The position numbers and the translations under genes are program-made. The notes under the pieces are model-generated. The model searched no databases and was not told the origin of the DNA. It worked only from the letters and a program-made list of their open reading frames with translations. A DNA stretch of 64,000 nt from a virus (Duplodnaviria > Caudoviricetes), in IMG/VR virus record IMGVR_UViG_3300029288_000119, positions 29,503 to 93,502 of that record; one strand, written 5' to 3'. How positions within the stretch are numbered: the first letter of the stretch is position 1; the number at the start of each line of letters is the position of its first letter. Positions 30,484-40,993 of the stretch are shown one piece after another.

Positions 30484-30755
30484 TTTATAATTGGTTCAAT
30501 TGATTCCATAACATCGGCAAGCTCATTACCATCAATTTGTTTTTTCACAGCACTTATTGCAACTGCAATTAATTTTCCATCTAATGAAAATTTCTTTATA
30601 AATTCCTTCTTCATATCATTTTTTTCTTGTCTTAACGTATCTAACTGGTCATCAATTTCGCATATGCGCGTGACGAGAGCCTTAATTGCGTCTTTCTTGT
30701 CCTTGATTTCCTCATCATCATTGTTTAATTTTTCGGCAACTGAATCTTTCGACAT
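30480..30755 (-). CDS. DUF2312/GapR- or T4 DsbA-like dsDNA-binding protein
   Basis: IKALVTRICEIDDQLDTLRQEKNDMKKE..LDGKLI; start refined by GAAAGGA SD. Confidence 0.5.
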   Translation of the reverse strand: MSKDSVAEKLNNDDEEIKDKKDAIKALVTRICEIDDQLDTLRQEKNDMKKEFIKKFSLDGKLIAVAISAVKKQIDGNELADVMESIEPIIK

Positions 30756-30800
30756 TTTTGTTTCCTTTCTAAAATAGTGTAACACAACAATATAAAAATG

Positions 30801-31124
30801 TTATTGTGGTGGTTCACCGATAATAATTTCTACAATGCCAGCTTCTTTTGCGGCCTTAGTACAGTCATTGCAAGCATATGTATGTCCAACAACATATAAT
30901 TTTCCACCATTTGCTTTATTACCTGCGGACGCAATTGCATTTATTTCAGCATGTGCTGATTGTTTGCAAATTGACTTGCACAACTCATAGCCCTCACCAG
31001 TTTTCATACCAATGCGTGGGCAAATTTTTTGCGGATCGTGACAATAATTTGTAGAAACAAATTTACATCCATCCACTGCTATTATCGTTGCAATGACAGT
31101 TTGTTTTGCACATGGACCAATCAT
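30801..31124 (-). CDS. dCMP/cytidine deaminase-like protein
   Basis: C..CPR..C..HAEINAI..ACNDC. Confidence 0.8.
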   Translation of the reverse strand: MIGPCAKQTVIATIIAVDGCKFVSTNYCHDPQKICPRIGMKTGEGYELCKSICKQSAHAEINAIASAGNKANGGKLYVVGHTYACNDCTKAAKEAGIVEIIIGEPPQ

Positions 31125-31453
31125 CTATTGTCTCCGCTTCCACTAAGAACACCACGCTCCTTACGTGAATTTAATTTCAGCACATTTTCTTCCATTGCCA
31201 ATTGCAGTGATATACCAGTTTCTTCACAAATTCTACTAAGATAAAATAAACAATCACCTACTTCGCCGATAAGTTCTTCTCTCTTTTTATCAGTTATTTT
31301 ACAATCATCATCCCTTATGGTTTTTTTGATTTTCCCACAAAGCTCCCCACATTCGGAAGCCAAACCAAGAGCCACATATTCTATTGCCCGATTTTTTGGA
31401 TAAATACACACACTTTGCGTCCATTCCTGATATTCTTTTAAATTATAACCCAT
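31121..31453 (-). CDS. MazG-like nucleotide pyrophosphohydrolase
   Basis: LGLASECGEL..KIKK..EVGDCLFYL..NVLKLNSR..GSGDNR. Confidence 0.85.
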   Translation of the reverse strand: MGYNLKEYQEWTQSVCIYPKNRAIEYVALGLASECGELCGKIKKTIRDDDCKITDKKREELIGEVGDCLFYLSRICEETGISLQLAMEENVLKLNSRKERGVLSGSGDNR

Positions 31454-31476
31454 TTAACACTCCCCTATTCTCTGTT

Positions 31477-31815
31477 TCACATCAGCGGTAAAATGTAATG
31501 CTCGAATACTTTATCTTCATTTCCTTCTTCAAAAAATTTTATATAAAACGATTTGCCTTCTGTTTGCCGATCATTTATTGTAATCCTTATTTTAGAATCT
31601 CCATTAAATTTATCACAAATAAACATGGCTCGCCTAATTAACCATTCTGGTTTAATATTATAATATGCTTCTATGTCCTCTAAAAATTCTAAAGTAAATG
31701 AAACTCGTCCTTTACAACAATCTGGAGATATTATTTGCAAAACATTCTTTTCTTTATCAAATTCAATCATATTACCAAATTGCTTCTGAATTTTTTTAAT
31801 TCGCTCTTTTGTCAT
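31477..31815 (-). CDS. hypothetical protein
   Basis: 112 aa ORF in operon. Confidence 0.5.
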   Translation of the reverse strand: MTKERIKKIQKQFGNMIEFDKEKNVLQIISPDCCKGRVSFTLEFLEDIEAYYNIKPEWLIRRAMFICDKFNGDSKIRITINDRQTEGKSFYIKFFEEGNEDKVFEHYILPLM

Positions 31816-32204
31816 TTAATTCTCCATTCTTCCTGTCGCCAAGGATTGACTCCTGCAATGATTGCCGCCCATTCTTCAAAAGTCGGATTTCTAAATATAC
31901 CACTTGGTTCAGCCTCATATTCGTGTCCATCTACCATAGAATGATCATAATTAATGAATTTTCCTTCCCAAATAGACAAACCAAACGGAGCATCGTCTAA
32001 TCCCAAGTCCGCTAAATTAAAACCGACGGATTCCGTTTCGTTTACAATGTGCCCACCAACATGCCATAAAATGCAGCCATTTCCTTGACCATTGCTAGCG
32101 ATAACAGCAAGAGAATCTTTATCTAAATCCCAATCTCCTGGATGTAATTTTTTCTCTTCATCATCCAAATTTAACTTCGTTGGAATTTTTAATAGACCAC
32201 CCAT
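31812..32204 (-). CDS. hypothetical protein
   Basis: 130 aa ORF in operon. Confidence 0.55.
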   Translation of the reverse strand: MGGLLKIPTKLNLDDEEKKLHPGDWDLDKDSLAVIASNGQGNGCILWHVGGHIVNETESVGFNLADLGLDDAPFGLSIWEGKFINYDHSMVDGHEYEAEPSGIFRNPTFEEWAAIIAGVNPWRQEEWRIK

Positions 32205-32208
32205 TTCG

Positions 32209-32412
32209 TTATTTACTCCGTTTGTTAATCATTTGGTCAAATAATTTTTTGTCATCCTTCGGAATATGTTTTTCAATCCACTCTCTCAAAGCTTCATCAG
32301 CGATATCTTTAACCATTCTTTTATATTGAACCGCCGCCAATCGAACTACCGAATAGAGATTTTCGGACACCCTAATCATTTCATCTTCTTTTCTGGTTGG
32401 CTTGTCTATCAC
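32209..32412 (-). CDS. ribbon-helix-helix DNA-binding protein
   Basis: MIRVSENLYSVVRLAAVQYKRMVKDIADEALREWI; GTG start at 32412 after GAAAGGAG. Confidence 0.55.
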   Translation of the reverse strand: MIDKPTRKEDEMIRVSENLYSVVRLAAVQYKRMVKDIADEALREWIEKHIPKDDKKLFDQMINKRSK

Positions 32413-32462
32413 AATACTACTCCTTTCCAATACCAAGAAACCATTTCAATAATAATTATTTT

Positions 32463-33416
32463 ATGGAACAAAAATTACCACCACAAGAAAATGAAACCAT
32501 AGAAGAAAAGAAATGTAAAGTAAGTGGGATATATTTGATTAGAAATTTGGTGAACAATAAAATTTATATTGGATCTGCTGTAAATATTAAAAATAGATGG
32601 TATCGTCACAAAAATCAACTAACAACAAATAAACACAAAAATCCTTATCTCCAAAGTGCTTGGAACAAATATGGAATTGGGAATTTCTCTTTCGAAATTG
32701 TCAGTAAACTTCATTTTATTGACAAAAACAAAGAACTGTCAAAACAACACATTCTTGCTAATGAACAAATCTATTTAGATCTTTATGAAAGTTATAAAAG
32801 GGAAAAGGGATACAATATTAACAGAATAGCCGGGAATAGTCTAGGACTTAAACATTCCGAAGAATCTAAAATAAAAATGAGGGAATTTCAGAACAGACCG
32901 GAAGTAATCGCAGCCAAAAGAAACAGAATACCATGGAATAAGGACAAACATTTGTCAAAAGAATGTATAGAAAAAATGAGGAACAGAACTCCGTGGAATA
33001 AAGGCAAGCACATGTCCGAAAAAACTAAAGAAAAATTAAGTGAAATAAATCGTGGCAGCAAAAATCCTAGATATGGTAAATATAATGGACATCCGATATC
33101 AGAATCAACAAGAAACAAATTATCTATTCTTCTTAAAGGTAAGAAACCATGGAACAAAGAACTTCGTGGTATAATACATCAGTCGGCTAAAGCCAGAGAA
33201 ACAAATAGGTTGGCACATTTAGGATCAAAAAACCACATGTATGGCAAGTCGCCTTCTACAGAAACAAGAAAAAAATTAAGCATAAAAAATAAGGGTCAAA
33301 TACCATGGAATAAGGAACAAAAATTATCAGAAGAGCACAGAAAAAAGATTGGCGAAAAAACAAGAGAAAATCATCGCAAATTGGGGCATAAAACAAGAAT
33401 TCCAAAAGAAAAATAA
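32463..33416 (+). mobile_element. free-standing GIY-YIG homing endonuclease with NUMOD3 repeats
   Basis: SGIYLIRNLVNNKIYIGSA..RWYRH..LQSAWNKYG; repeated PWNK / S.ETR.KLS. Confidence 0.9.
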
Positions 33417-33527
33417 GTGAATCATTGAAAGCCAGTAATAATACCTCTGGTCGTTTTCAAAAGGGTTTTACTCCATGGAACAAAAAGCCAGAAGAAAAAC
33501 AAAAAAGAATGTCAAGAATCAAAAAGA

Positions 33528-36500
33528 TCAGGCGACAATCCTGAAAGTTCCAAACTTCATGTTTGAGTAACCCCATTGATCTTCATATGAAATATCCAAA
33601 ATTATAACAGAACCCTCCTCAATTATTGAAGCATCAAAACTACTATCCATATTCCATGGCCACAATTTTATGGGATGAGAATTTGTTCCATCATTTATTG
33701 TGACGATATGGTATTTTTTGCCAGACTTTGTAAGTTTATCTACAATTTTTTCAACATAACCACCAACACAACCGGATCGATCAATATCATTAAATTGCTT
33801 AATTCCATTACGTGCAAATACAGTTTTTATTACTTCAAATTCATCAGATAAAATTTGATGCAAATCGTAACCAAGATAAGTTTTATACAATTTACTTTTT
33901 TCTTTTTTATTTAATTCTCTATTCTGATTACTATCCAAAATTTGATAAATTTGTTCTTCTGGAACTTTTGACTTTTTGCCCCGTTTTTTATTCTCTAGCA
34001 ATTCCTCAACGAAAGCACAACAACTTTTCCTTGTCCAGCCAAATTCATCAAAAGCTCCAATTCCAGCAAGAATATTAATACCTTTTTTGTTTAACTTAGA
34101 CCAAGACATAGAAAAGAACGACCTGAAATCATTAATATTTTTTTTATGAATTTCTAATTCTTCATAGGCTTTAGGTCCGAATCCTTTAGCTAAAACTAAA
34201 CCCAATCTTATGTTTCCATCCTCCGGTTCACATTTGTATCGTGATTTTGTTACACTAAATGGAAGAATTTTAATGTTATGTTTTTTCGCGCTCATCATAT
34301 ATCTGCGCAACTTGTCATCGTCTTCGGTCCTGCTTATTAGACACGTGTAAAATTCTACCGGATAATAATACTTCAACCAAAGACACATTACTGTTATATA
34401 ACCGTATGATAAACCATGTGCTCTATTGAATGAATAACCTGTAAAGTTAAGCAAATAAAGTAGCGTTTCCTGTTTTTCTTGTTCCGCTAATTCTGGATGC
34501 GTAATTTTTATCTTTTCGTCGTATGCTTTTAAAAATTCATCAAGTTTCGGTCGATCTTTTCTCTCTTGATCAAGATTTTGTAGATCGAGTCCATTAACCC
34601 ATTCTTTACGGAATCCATACTCAAATGGTTTTCTCCATTTATCTGCTTCACCTAGGGAAATTCCCAAGACTTCCGCTACACATTGCATCGTCTGTTCTTG
34701 GTAAAGAATTACACCATAAGTCTTTGCCACATATTTTTGGAAAATTTTTGGAACATCAACTTTTTTAGTTAGATCATTTTTTGATTCCGCATATTGATAG
34801 GCCAGACCACCTTGAAGGGCTGCTGGTCTATAAAGGCACGAAATTGCCACCACATCCTCAAAAGATTGTGGATTTACGTCACGTGCAAGTTTATTAATTC
34901 CAAAACCATCCATTTGGAATATTCCGGCATTTTCATAATCTCTTACTGTTCGATAAATATTTTCGTCTTCTAAATCAAGATGATAAATTTTGTCCATTAA
35001 ATCAATGTTTTTCTTTTCCCTGATCATGTTTACCGTATCTTTAATAATTGACACAGTATCAAGTCCAAGAATATCAAGTTTCAATATTTTAAGATCACTA
35101 AGATATTTTTTTGTGGTGCCTTCACTAAATGAAGCAATTACTTCACCACCAGTCCTTTGAACTGGTATATAGTCATAAATTGGCCCATCAAAAATAACCA
35201 CACCAGCAGCGTGTTTCCCAAGATGTCTAATTTTTCGATAAAGAGAGTTCGCAAGAGGAAGAATGTCTTTATTTTTGTCTACAAATTGTTTTATATCTTC
35301 ATTATTTTCGCACAAGCTTTTAAGATACTCTTCAATATTGTCATTAAATTGAACTGGAACATCTTCTTCAATTTCTTTTGTAACTTTATTTAATAAACCG
35401 TCGTCTTCTGACCTATTAAATACTCGACATAGATCCCGTAAAATCCCCTTACAATGGAATTCAGAGTAAGTTGGTACGTGGATAACCGAATCTTCACCAT
35501 ATTTAACACGAAGGTAATCCTCAATTTCCTGTTTTCTGTCACTGTCAATATCGACATCAATATCAGGACTACTTATCCTTTCAACTTGAACAACATCTTT
35601 ATATTTTTTAACTTTTCGTTGTGGTTTAATTCCACCAATTATTTGATCGCCATTCTCGCCGTCACCTGAATCGTCATAATCTTCTTCGACACGCAAAATT
35701 GATGATGCCAAAAATCTTTCAAACATAAGATCGTGTTTTATCGGATCAATTTTCGTAATTTCCAACACAAATGAAACAAGGCATCCCCCTGCAGAACCTC
35801 TTGCTGGACCAGACCAAATTTCACTGTCTTTTATAAATTGAAAAATATCCCAATAAATTATAAAATAATCTGCATAATCGGCAGCACAGATTACTTTCAT
35901 TTCGTATTTAAGTCGATCAGCATACTCTTTTGTCTTTTCTCTTGGAATTTCCCCAGACTCTATTTTGGCGGCGAGTCCTTTTACACACAATTGCTTAAAA
36001 TAATCATTAACATTTTTATATTTTTCGGGAACTTTCACTTTCGGAAATTTCTTTGTTGTAGTGTCAAACGAAAAATTGCATTTATCGGCAACTTCATTTG
36101 TAAGATCAAGCCACGAATCTATTTGCGATGCATCATAATTAAAACCAAATTCCTTGTTAAAATCATGGAAATCTTGACGAGAACAAATAAATGATTTTCT
36201 AACTGACGCAAATGGACTTTTTTCGGGGTGCTCTTCAATTTCTTTTATCGTATTCTTCCGGATAATAAGTTTAAGTGCATCCTGCGTTTTAATATTTTCT
36301 TTATTTGGATAATGTGTGTCATTAGTAAGAATAAATTTCTCGTGTCCAATGTCTTTTCCAAGTTTAAGAAGTTTCTCGTTACAAACTTTTTGTTCATTAA
36401 GCTCATTAAAAATCAATTCAAAATAAAGATCATCTTTAAAAAACTCTTTTAGACGAATGGCCATTTTATAGGCTTCTTCATCCTGATCTTCTAAAAAGAA

Positions 36501-36935
36501 TTTGTTAATAATCCCACCAATACAAGCGGTAGATATCGTCAAATGTCCAGGCTCGATAGCAAACAAATCATCAAACAAAATTATCGGTTTATAATAATAG
36601 GTTTCTTTGTTCGCTTTATACAGCAATTTACAAATTTGCCGGTATCCAATATCATTCTTAGCAAGTAAACAAGCATGATAGGTTTCACGCTTTACTTTGC
36701 CATCTTCCCCCTCCTTTTTTAATTGTGACGCACAATATGCTTCAACCCCGCACAAAACCTTGACATCTATCGCCCTGCCCTCTTTCCATGCTTCATATAT
36801 ACCACTGCTCGCCCCATGATCGGTTATGGCGATTGCTTTGTGGCCCAATTCTTTTGCCTTCGTCACTAGTTCCTTTGCTGAACTCAGTCCATCCCCGAGA
36901 GAGTAATGCGTATGATTATGGCAATGGACAAACAT
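33528..36935 (-). CDS. dnaE: DNA polymerase III alpha subunit (family C, with PHP domain)
   Basis: HCHNHTHYSLGDG, AITDHG, NDTHY, GPARGSAGG, PDIDVD, GKHAAG, KLDILGL, YSFNRAH; start refined to ATG 36935. Confidence 0.95.
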   Translation of the reverse strand: MFVHCHNHTHYSLGDGLSSAKELVTKAKELGHKAIAITDHGASSGIYEAWKEGRAIDVKVLCGVEAYCASQLKKEGEDGKVKRETYHACLLAKNDIGYRQICKLLYKANKETYYYKPIILFDDLFAIEPGHLTISTACIGGIINKFFLEDQDEEAYKMAIRLKEFFKDDLYFELIFNELNEQKVCNEKLLKLGKDIGHEKFILTNDTHYPNKENIKTQDALKLIIRKNTIKEIEEHPEKSPFASVRKSFICSRQDFHDFNKEFGFNYDASQIDSWLDLTNEVADKCNFSFDTTTKKFPKVKVPEKYKNVNDYFKQLCVKGLAAKIESGEIPREKTKEYADRLKYEMKVICAADYADYFIIYWDIFQFIKDSEIWSGPARGSAGGCLVSFVLEITKIDPIKHDLMFERFLASSILRVEEDYDDSGDGENGDQIIGGIKPQRKVKKYKDVVQVERISSPDIDVDIDSDRKQEIEDYLRVKYGEDSVIHVPTYSEFHCKGILRDLCRVFNRSEDDGLLNKVTKEIEEDVPVQFNDNIEEYLKSLCENNEDIKQFVDKNKDILPLANSLYRKIRHLGKHAAGVVIFDGPIYDYIPVQRTGGEVIASFSEGTTKKYLSDLKILKLDILGLDTVSIIKDTVNMIREKKNIDLMDKIYHLDLEDENIYRTVRDYENAGIFQMDGFGINKLARDVNPQSFEDVVAISCLYRPAALQGGLAYQYAESKNDLTKKVDVPKIFQKYVAKTYGVILYQEQTMQCVAEVLGISLGEADKWRKPFEYGFRKEWVNGLDLQNLDQERKDRPKLDEFLKAYDEKIKITHPELAEQEKQETLLYLLNFTGYSFNRAHGLSYGYITVMCLWLKYYYPVEFYTCLISRTEDDDKLRRYMMSAKKHNIKILPFSVTKSRYKCEPEDGNIRLGLVLAKGFGPKAYEELEIHKKNINDFRSFFSMSWSKLNKKGINILAGIGAFDEFGWTRKSCCAFVEELLENKKRGKKSKVPEEQIYQILDSNQNRELNKKEKSKLYKTYLGYDLHQILSDEFEVIKTVFARNGIKQFNDIDRSGCVGGYVEKIVDKLTKSGKKYHIVTINDGTNSHPIKLWPWNMDSSFDASIIEEGSVIILDISYEDQWGYSNMKFGTFRIVA

Positions 36936-36939
36936 GTAA

Positions 36940-37878
36940 TCACCCGATCCCATTAAAAATGGCTTGTTTTCTTGCCAGCGATATGGTGTTGTTGTTATAT
37001 AACACATTAGTTATTCGTCGGAATTGATGTCTACCACCATATTTGAAATGATATATCACACCCCTTTGCGTTATTTTAGTCTTCCTCAAATTACACATTT
37101 TCATTAACCATTTCTGCGCACCAATGCAAAACCGCCTACTCGCTAATAACGAAAATGCTGGCCACTTGGAATGATTCATTATTGTGCCATCACCATCGAC
37201 GGTGCCGCGAAGGAAATGCCTTATTAGGTGTTTTGGAACAATGTTGGTGGATGGCCAGTTATAGTCAATATATGTTTTATTTGGCAAACACCCCTTGTTA
37301 ATTATGTCTTTAACCATCTTTTTTGAAAAAATCCTTAAGCGGCAACAACATGACGGGCCACCAAACCCGCTTTTATTGATAACATCTTTGATTTCATAAT
37401 TGGTTTTTAGTGCCTTTGCTATATTCTCTAATTGCCCGCGATCTCCCCTTTTTAGACCGATGGCTATACAATAACATCTTTTCTCTTCGTCATAAATAAC
37501 GCATCCATCTGCATAAATAAAACCTAAAATATAAGCTTTCTCTTCTGTATCAATAACTTCAAAAAATGACTCATCAATATAAAACCGTCTATGCCGCATC
37601 GGGATCTCATTTTTATATAAAACATCTGACACTCTTCCTAGAGCAATTTGATTAATTCTTGCTACTCGCCTTGCGCTAATTCCAGATTGATATTGACCAA
37701 CAATAGTATTAATAAGGTCATCATTCATTAATTTGGGGCGTCTAATTTCAACGTCATTCTTGTGTAAATAGGTTCTAATTGTTGTATCGGAACAATTAAG
37801 CCATTTGGCCAATTCCTGTATGCTAATGCCATCTCCATATCTTTTAATTAAATCTGTTATCACATTATTCGAAAACAT
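36940..37878 (-). mobile_element. free-standing LAGLIDADG homing endonuclease
   Basis: EKAYILGFIYADG and HFLRGTVDGDG; N-terminal HTH. Confidence 0.85.
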
Positions 37879-38084
37879 GGACCTTGACCCACCGTGCCAT
37901 GATCTATTTCGTGTAACATGGCCACAATTTCAAAATTTGTTATGAAATCTTTGTTGGGATCTATATGTGAAAAATATAATCTCGGTTCCCACGTATATCT
38001 ACCTTTATTGCTTGCTGCCGGGGTCATACCATATCGTTTAATTTTATTTACCAAAGAACCCAATGTCACATGATATAAATTCAT
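37860..38084 (-). pseudogene. truncated Tpt1/ART-fold gene (N-terminal half only)
   Basis: LYHVT..NKIKRYGMTP..PRLYFS matches the C-terminal domain of 13868..15757 but ends at the homing endonuclease. Confidence 0.45.
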
Positions 38085-38659
38085 TTATTGTTGAATTTTC
38101 CGTCTTTCCTGACTGCCAACCCCCAAGCATCCCAATTCTCGACGCGCTCTCTTGCAAATAATTCTATTTTTGGAATATCACCATAAAGTTGAGTTATTCG
38201 ATCCCTCACTTCATCTGGTTTGCGGGAATGTTCACGCTTTGGAGATTCAACTATTTGATGAACACTTTTTGAAATTCTTTTCAACCTTCCCCTTATACCA
38301 AGCAAACAAATTTCACAGTTATTTCTGGTGTATGACCCCATCCCCCAAAATAATTTGCCTGATTTTTGTCCTTTTTTTACCCACGTAAATGCAATAGTCT
38401 TGTATTGGTATCCCCACGACTCCATCACTTTAAGTCCATCAAGTAATAACGAGGTCGGAACCCACAAAAAAAGACATGAATCTGGTAAAGAAATATCACG
38501 AATTGGTAGACTACTTATTTCTTCTGTTTTCATACATGGATATTTAAATTCACTACCTCTCTTACCGGCAACACATTTATCGCGGAACGACCACGGACAA
38601 TCGGCGTAAATTATGTTATATTTTTTGTTCGGGAACGGAATTATTTTGCTCTTTGTCAT
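38081..38659 (-). CDS. MT-A70 family N6-adenine methyltransferase
   Basis: IIYADCPW (DPPW variant), LFLW, WG..YKT..WVK, GMGSYTR.N.E, REHSRKP, IELFAR..WDAWG. Confidence 0.9.
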   Translation of the reverse strand: MTKSKIIPFPNKKYNIIYADCPWSFRDKCVAGKRGSEFKYPCMKTEEISSLPIRDISLPDSCLFLWVPTSLLLDGLKVMESWGYQYKTIAFTWVKKGQKSGKLFWGMGSYTRNNCEICLLGIRGRLKRISKSVHQIVESPKREHSRKPDEVRDRITQLYGDIPKIELFARERVENWDAWGLAVRKDGKFNNK

Positions 38660-38891
38660 CGATTTCCCTTTTGATTTCTTCAGAAGTTATTTCCCACAAA
38701 GATACACCATCAACCATTTGCGATAATCTTACTTGATAGGTCCAATCATACTTTTTCGATTTTATAACTTCAAAATGCCATGGCGGGAAGAACGCGTTTG
38801 CATCACTACAAGCACAATTCATCAAACAATTATTTCCATCATCAATTCGACTTATTAAAAATGTTAATTTCTTGGCTTCTTCAATTGTCAT
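38616..38891 (-). CDS. hypothetical protein
   Basis: 91 aa; TGTTAAACT 7 nt upstream of ATG. Confidence 0.5.
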   Translation of the reverse strand: MTIEEAKKLTFLISRIDDGNNCLMNCACSDANAFFPPWHFEVIKSKKYDWTYQVRLSQMVDGVSLWEITSEEIKREIDDKEQNNSVPEQKI

Positions 38892-38927
38892 AAAGGAAAG
38901 TTTAACAAAAGGAAAAGAAATTGATTA

Positions 38928-39512
38928 TTATAACAGGTCACCCCCGATGTAATTAACATATATTACAGCGGAAACTTTTGTCGAATTTATAATATAAGTC
39001 ACATCAAATTGTCTATTTGATTTTTCAGCTACAAATTTCTTTAGTTTGTTTTCATCTTTAAAAGTAACTTCCATCATTGGTCCAGACAAAATAACTGCTC
39101 TGCCCAAATTTAAAGATTCGTATTCCTTCTTAAGTTCTTTAGTGTATTCTTCTGATGGGGTTTCTTTTGATGTTACATTTCGGAAATAATCATCACCCTC
39201 AACATATCCGCCGTATTCTGGCCCAGGCCATTCCATGTGTGATTCATTGTTCCTAAATTCTTCTGGTGTCATATCCGATAAATACTTTTCAGCTTTAGGT
39301 GATAATGGTCCCCTGACTAATACATCAACATCATATCCATCTTGATCTGCACCAACATCGCTTGAAATGACTTTTCCGTCAAGCCCAAGTTGATGAATTT
39401 TCTTTATCCATTGATCTTCTGATATTTCACCATTTCTTGATTGAAGATAAAAACCAATAACAAACTCATCCTGTTTATCCATTTGCTCTAAAATTAATTC
39501 CCGAAGCTTCAT
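38928..39512 (-). CDS. leader-bearing hypothetical protein
   Basis: MKLRELILEQ leader at ATG 39512. Confidence 0.55.
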   Translation of the reverse strand: MKLRELILEQMDKQDEFVIGFYLQSRNGEISEDQWIKKIHQLGLDGKVISSDVGADQDGYDVDVLVRGPLSPKAEKYLSDMTPEEFRNNESHMEWPGPEYGGYVEGDDYFRNVTSKETPSEEYTKELKKEYESLNLGRAVILSGPMMEVTFKDENKLKKFVAEKSNRQFDVTYIINSTKVSAVIYVNYIGGDLL

Positions 39513-39577
39513 CTTTAACAATTTTACCAATTATTTTTGTCTCCTACCTTTTCACACCAAAACCACCACCAAAATAA

Positions 39578-40315
39578 TTATATTTCTTCCTTTATAATTT
39601 TATTGATTTTTCTAAGTGTTGGAATATCACAGAAGCAGGCATTTGCTATTATATTATTTATAAGAAGCGGTTCACCTTTTAATGCCTTATCTTCCGAATT
39701 ATCTTTGCCAAGAACAAACGAATCAATAACTATAAGTGCCCTTTTATTTACGTGCCACAATGATCTTGGGATATCATAAGAAACAATTGTCTTATTATTC
39801 TTATTGCGCAATGTTATACTTGTTTTTGTCCTACTAATTCTATTAAAATCTCCAAGATTAATTTTTCTCAGATCAAAAACAAAATTGCCGCCACGCTTAT
39901 TAATATGCAATATGTATAAACTAGATGACAATTCAATTTTGATTGCCGATAACAATGTGTATTTATCAATGTTTTGTTGATGCAACAATTTTTTCGTCTT
40001 TAATGAAATTCCGCTTTTAATTTTTATCCTATCCTTCAAACCAGTTTTTATTGAAAATGGAATGTACATCCTGTTGTATCGGATTATAATATCCGTTTTT
40101 GAATCATATTTGTTTTTAGTACGATTGCCAATGTGTTTCGCGGATAATCCATCAAGATTGATTCTATTTATGTTTTCGGCAATGATATATTCCGCTAGTT
40201 CACCAATACCGGCAAATCCAGCTTGCTTTAAATACATAATATTTATAAGCGAATCTTTAAAGGATCCAGTAGCGTGCTGTTTAATTAAACTAAAAATTTC
40301 TTCGGGTTTAGACAT
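39578..40315 (-). CDS. possible PD-(D/E)XK restriction-endonuclease-like protein
   Basis: GELAE...KTDII...FSIKT spacing; very basic. Confidence 0.35.
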   Translation of the reverse strand: MSKPEEIFSLIKQHATGSFKDSLINIMYLKQAGFAGIGELAEYIIAENINRINLDGLSAKHIGNRTKNKYDSKTDIIIRYNRMYIPFSIKTGLKDRIKIKSGISLKTKKLLHQQNIDKYTLLSAIKIELSSSLYILHINKRGGNFVFDLRKINLGDFNRISRTKTSITLRNKNNKTIVSYDIPRSLWHVNKRALIVIDSFVLGKDNSEDKALKGEPLLINNIIANACFCDIPTLRKINKIIKEEI

Positions 40316-40993
40316 CTATTGTCTACAATTACCTAAATAATTTTTAACGATATCATATTTTCGGTCCAAACAAATTGTTTTGCCATCATATAATTTATGA
40401 TATATTCTATCTAATTGTCTATCACCATGATAATGTAAATGAAATATGTTGCCATTCTTCCTTATTTTAGATTTGCTTACTTTACAGTATCGTATTAACC
40501 ATTTTTGTAATGCAACACAAAAATTCTTATTGGCCGACACTAATGAAAATCGCAAATCACGCTTCAGTTTTCTTTTGGGAGCTTTGGATAAATACCAGCT
40601 ACCGTCTCCATCAAAATATCCCCTAATATAATGTCGTATCAAATTGTTGCGAATATACGGTGGTGGGAATACATTTCTAACAGTTTTCGGCGAACAATAT
40701 CCTTTATTCACCAAATCAAACACCATAATTTTCGAACTAATAACTAATAGCGCCGATTTTTTGCTTTCGTAGCGCAATATTCTATTGCCACAAATGGAAT
40801 TAACAAATTTAGACAAATGTTTGTCATCTCTGCTTTGTAATTCTATCCGCACACTATATTTGTGACATTTTCTATTACATATGATGGTTCCATCAGCGCA
40901 TATAAATCCAATCCAATAGGCTTTTTCCTCTGTATTTATATTTTTAAAAAACGATTCATTATATGTATATTTTTTACTGCCTATATTTCGCAT
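40316..40993 (-). mobile_element. free-standing LAGLIDADG homing endonuclease
   Basis: EKAYWIGFICADG and HYIRGYFDGDG. Confidence 0.85.

Noticed and set aside
35583-35709. Mini-intein in DnaE
   Set aside because: Too short, with no terminal His-Asn and no +1 nucleophile.
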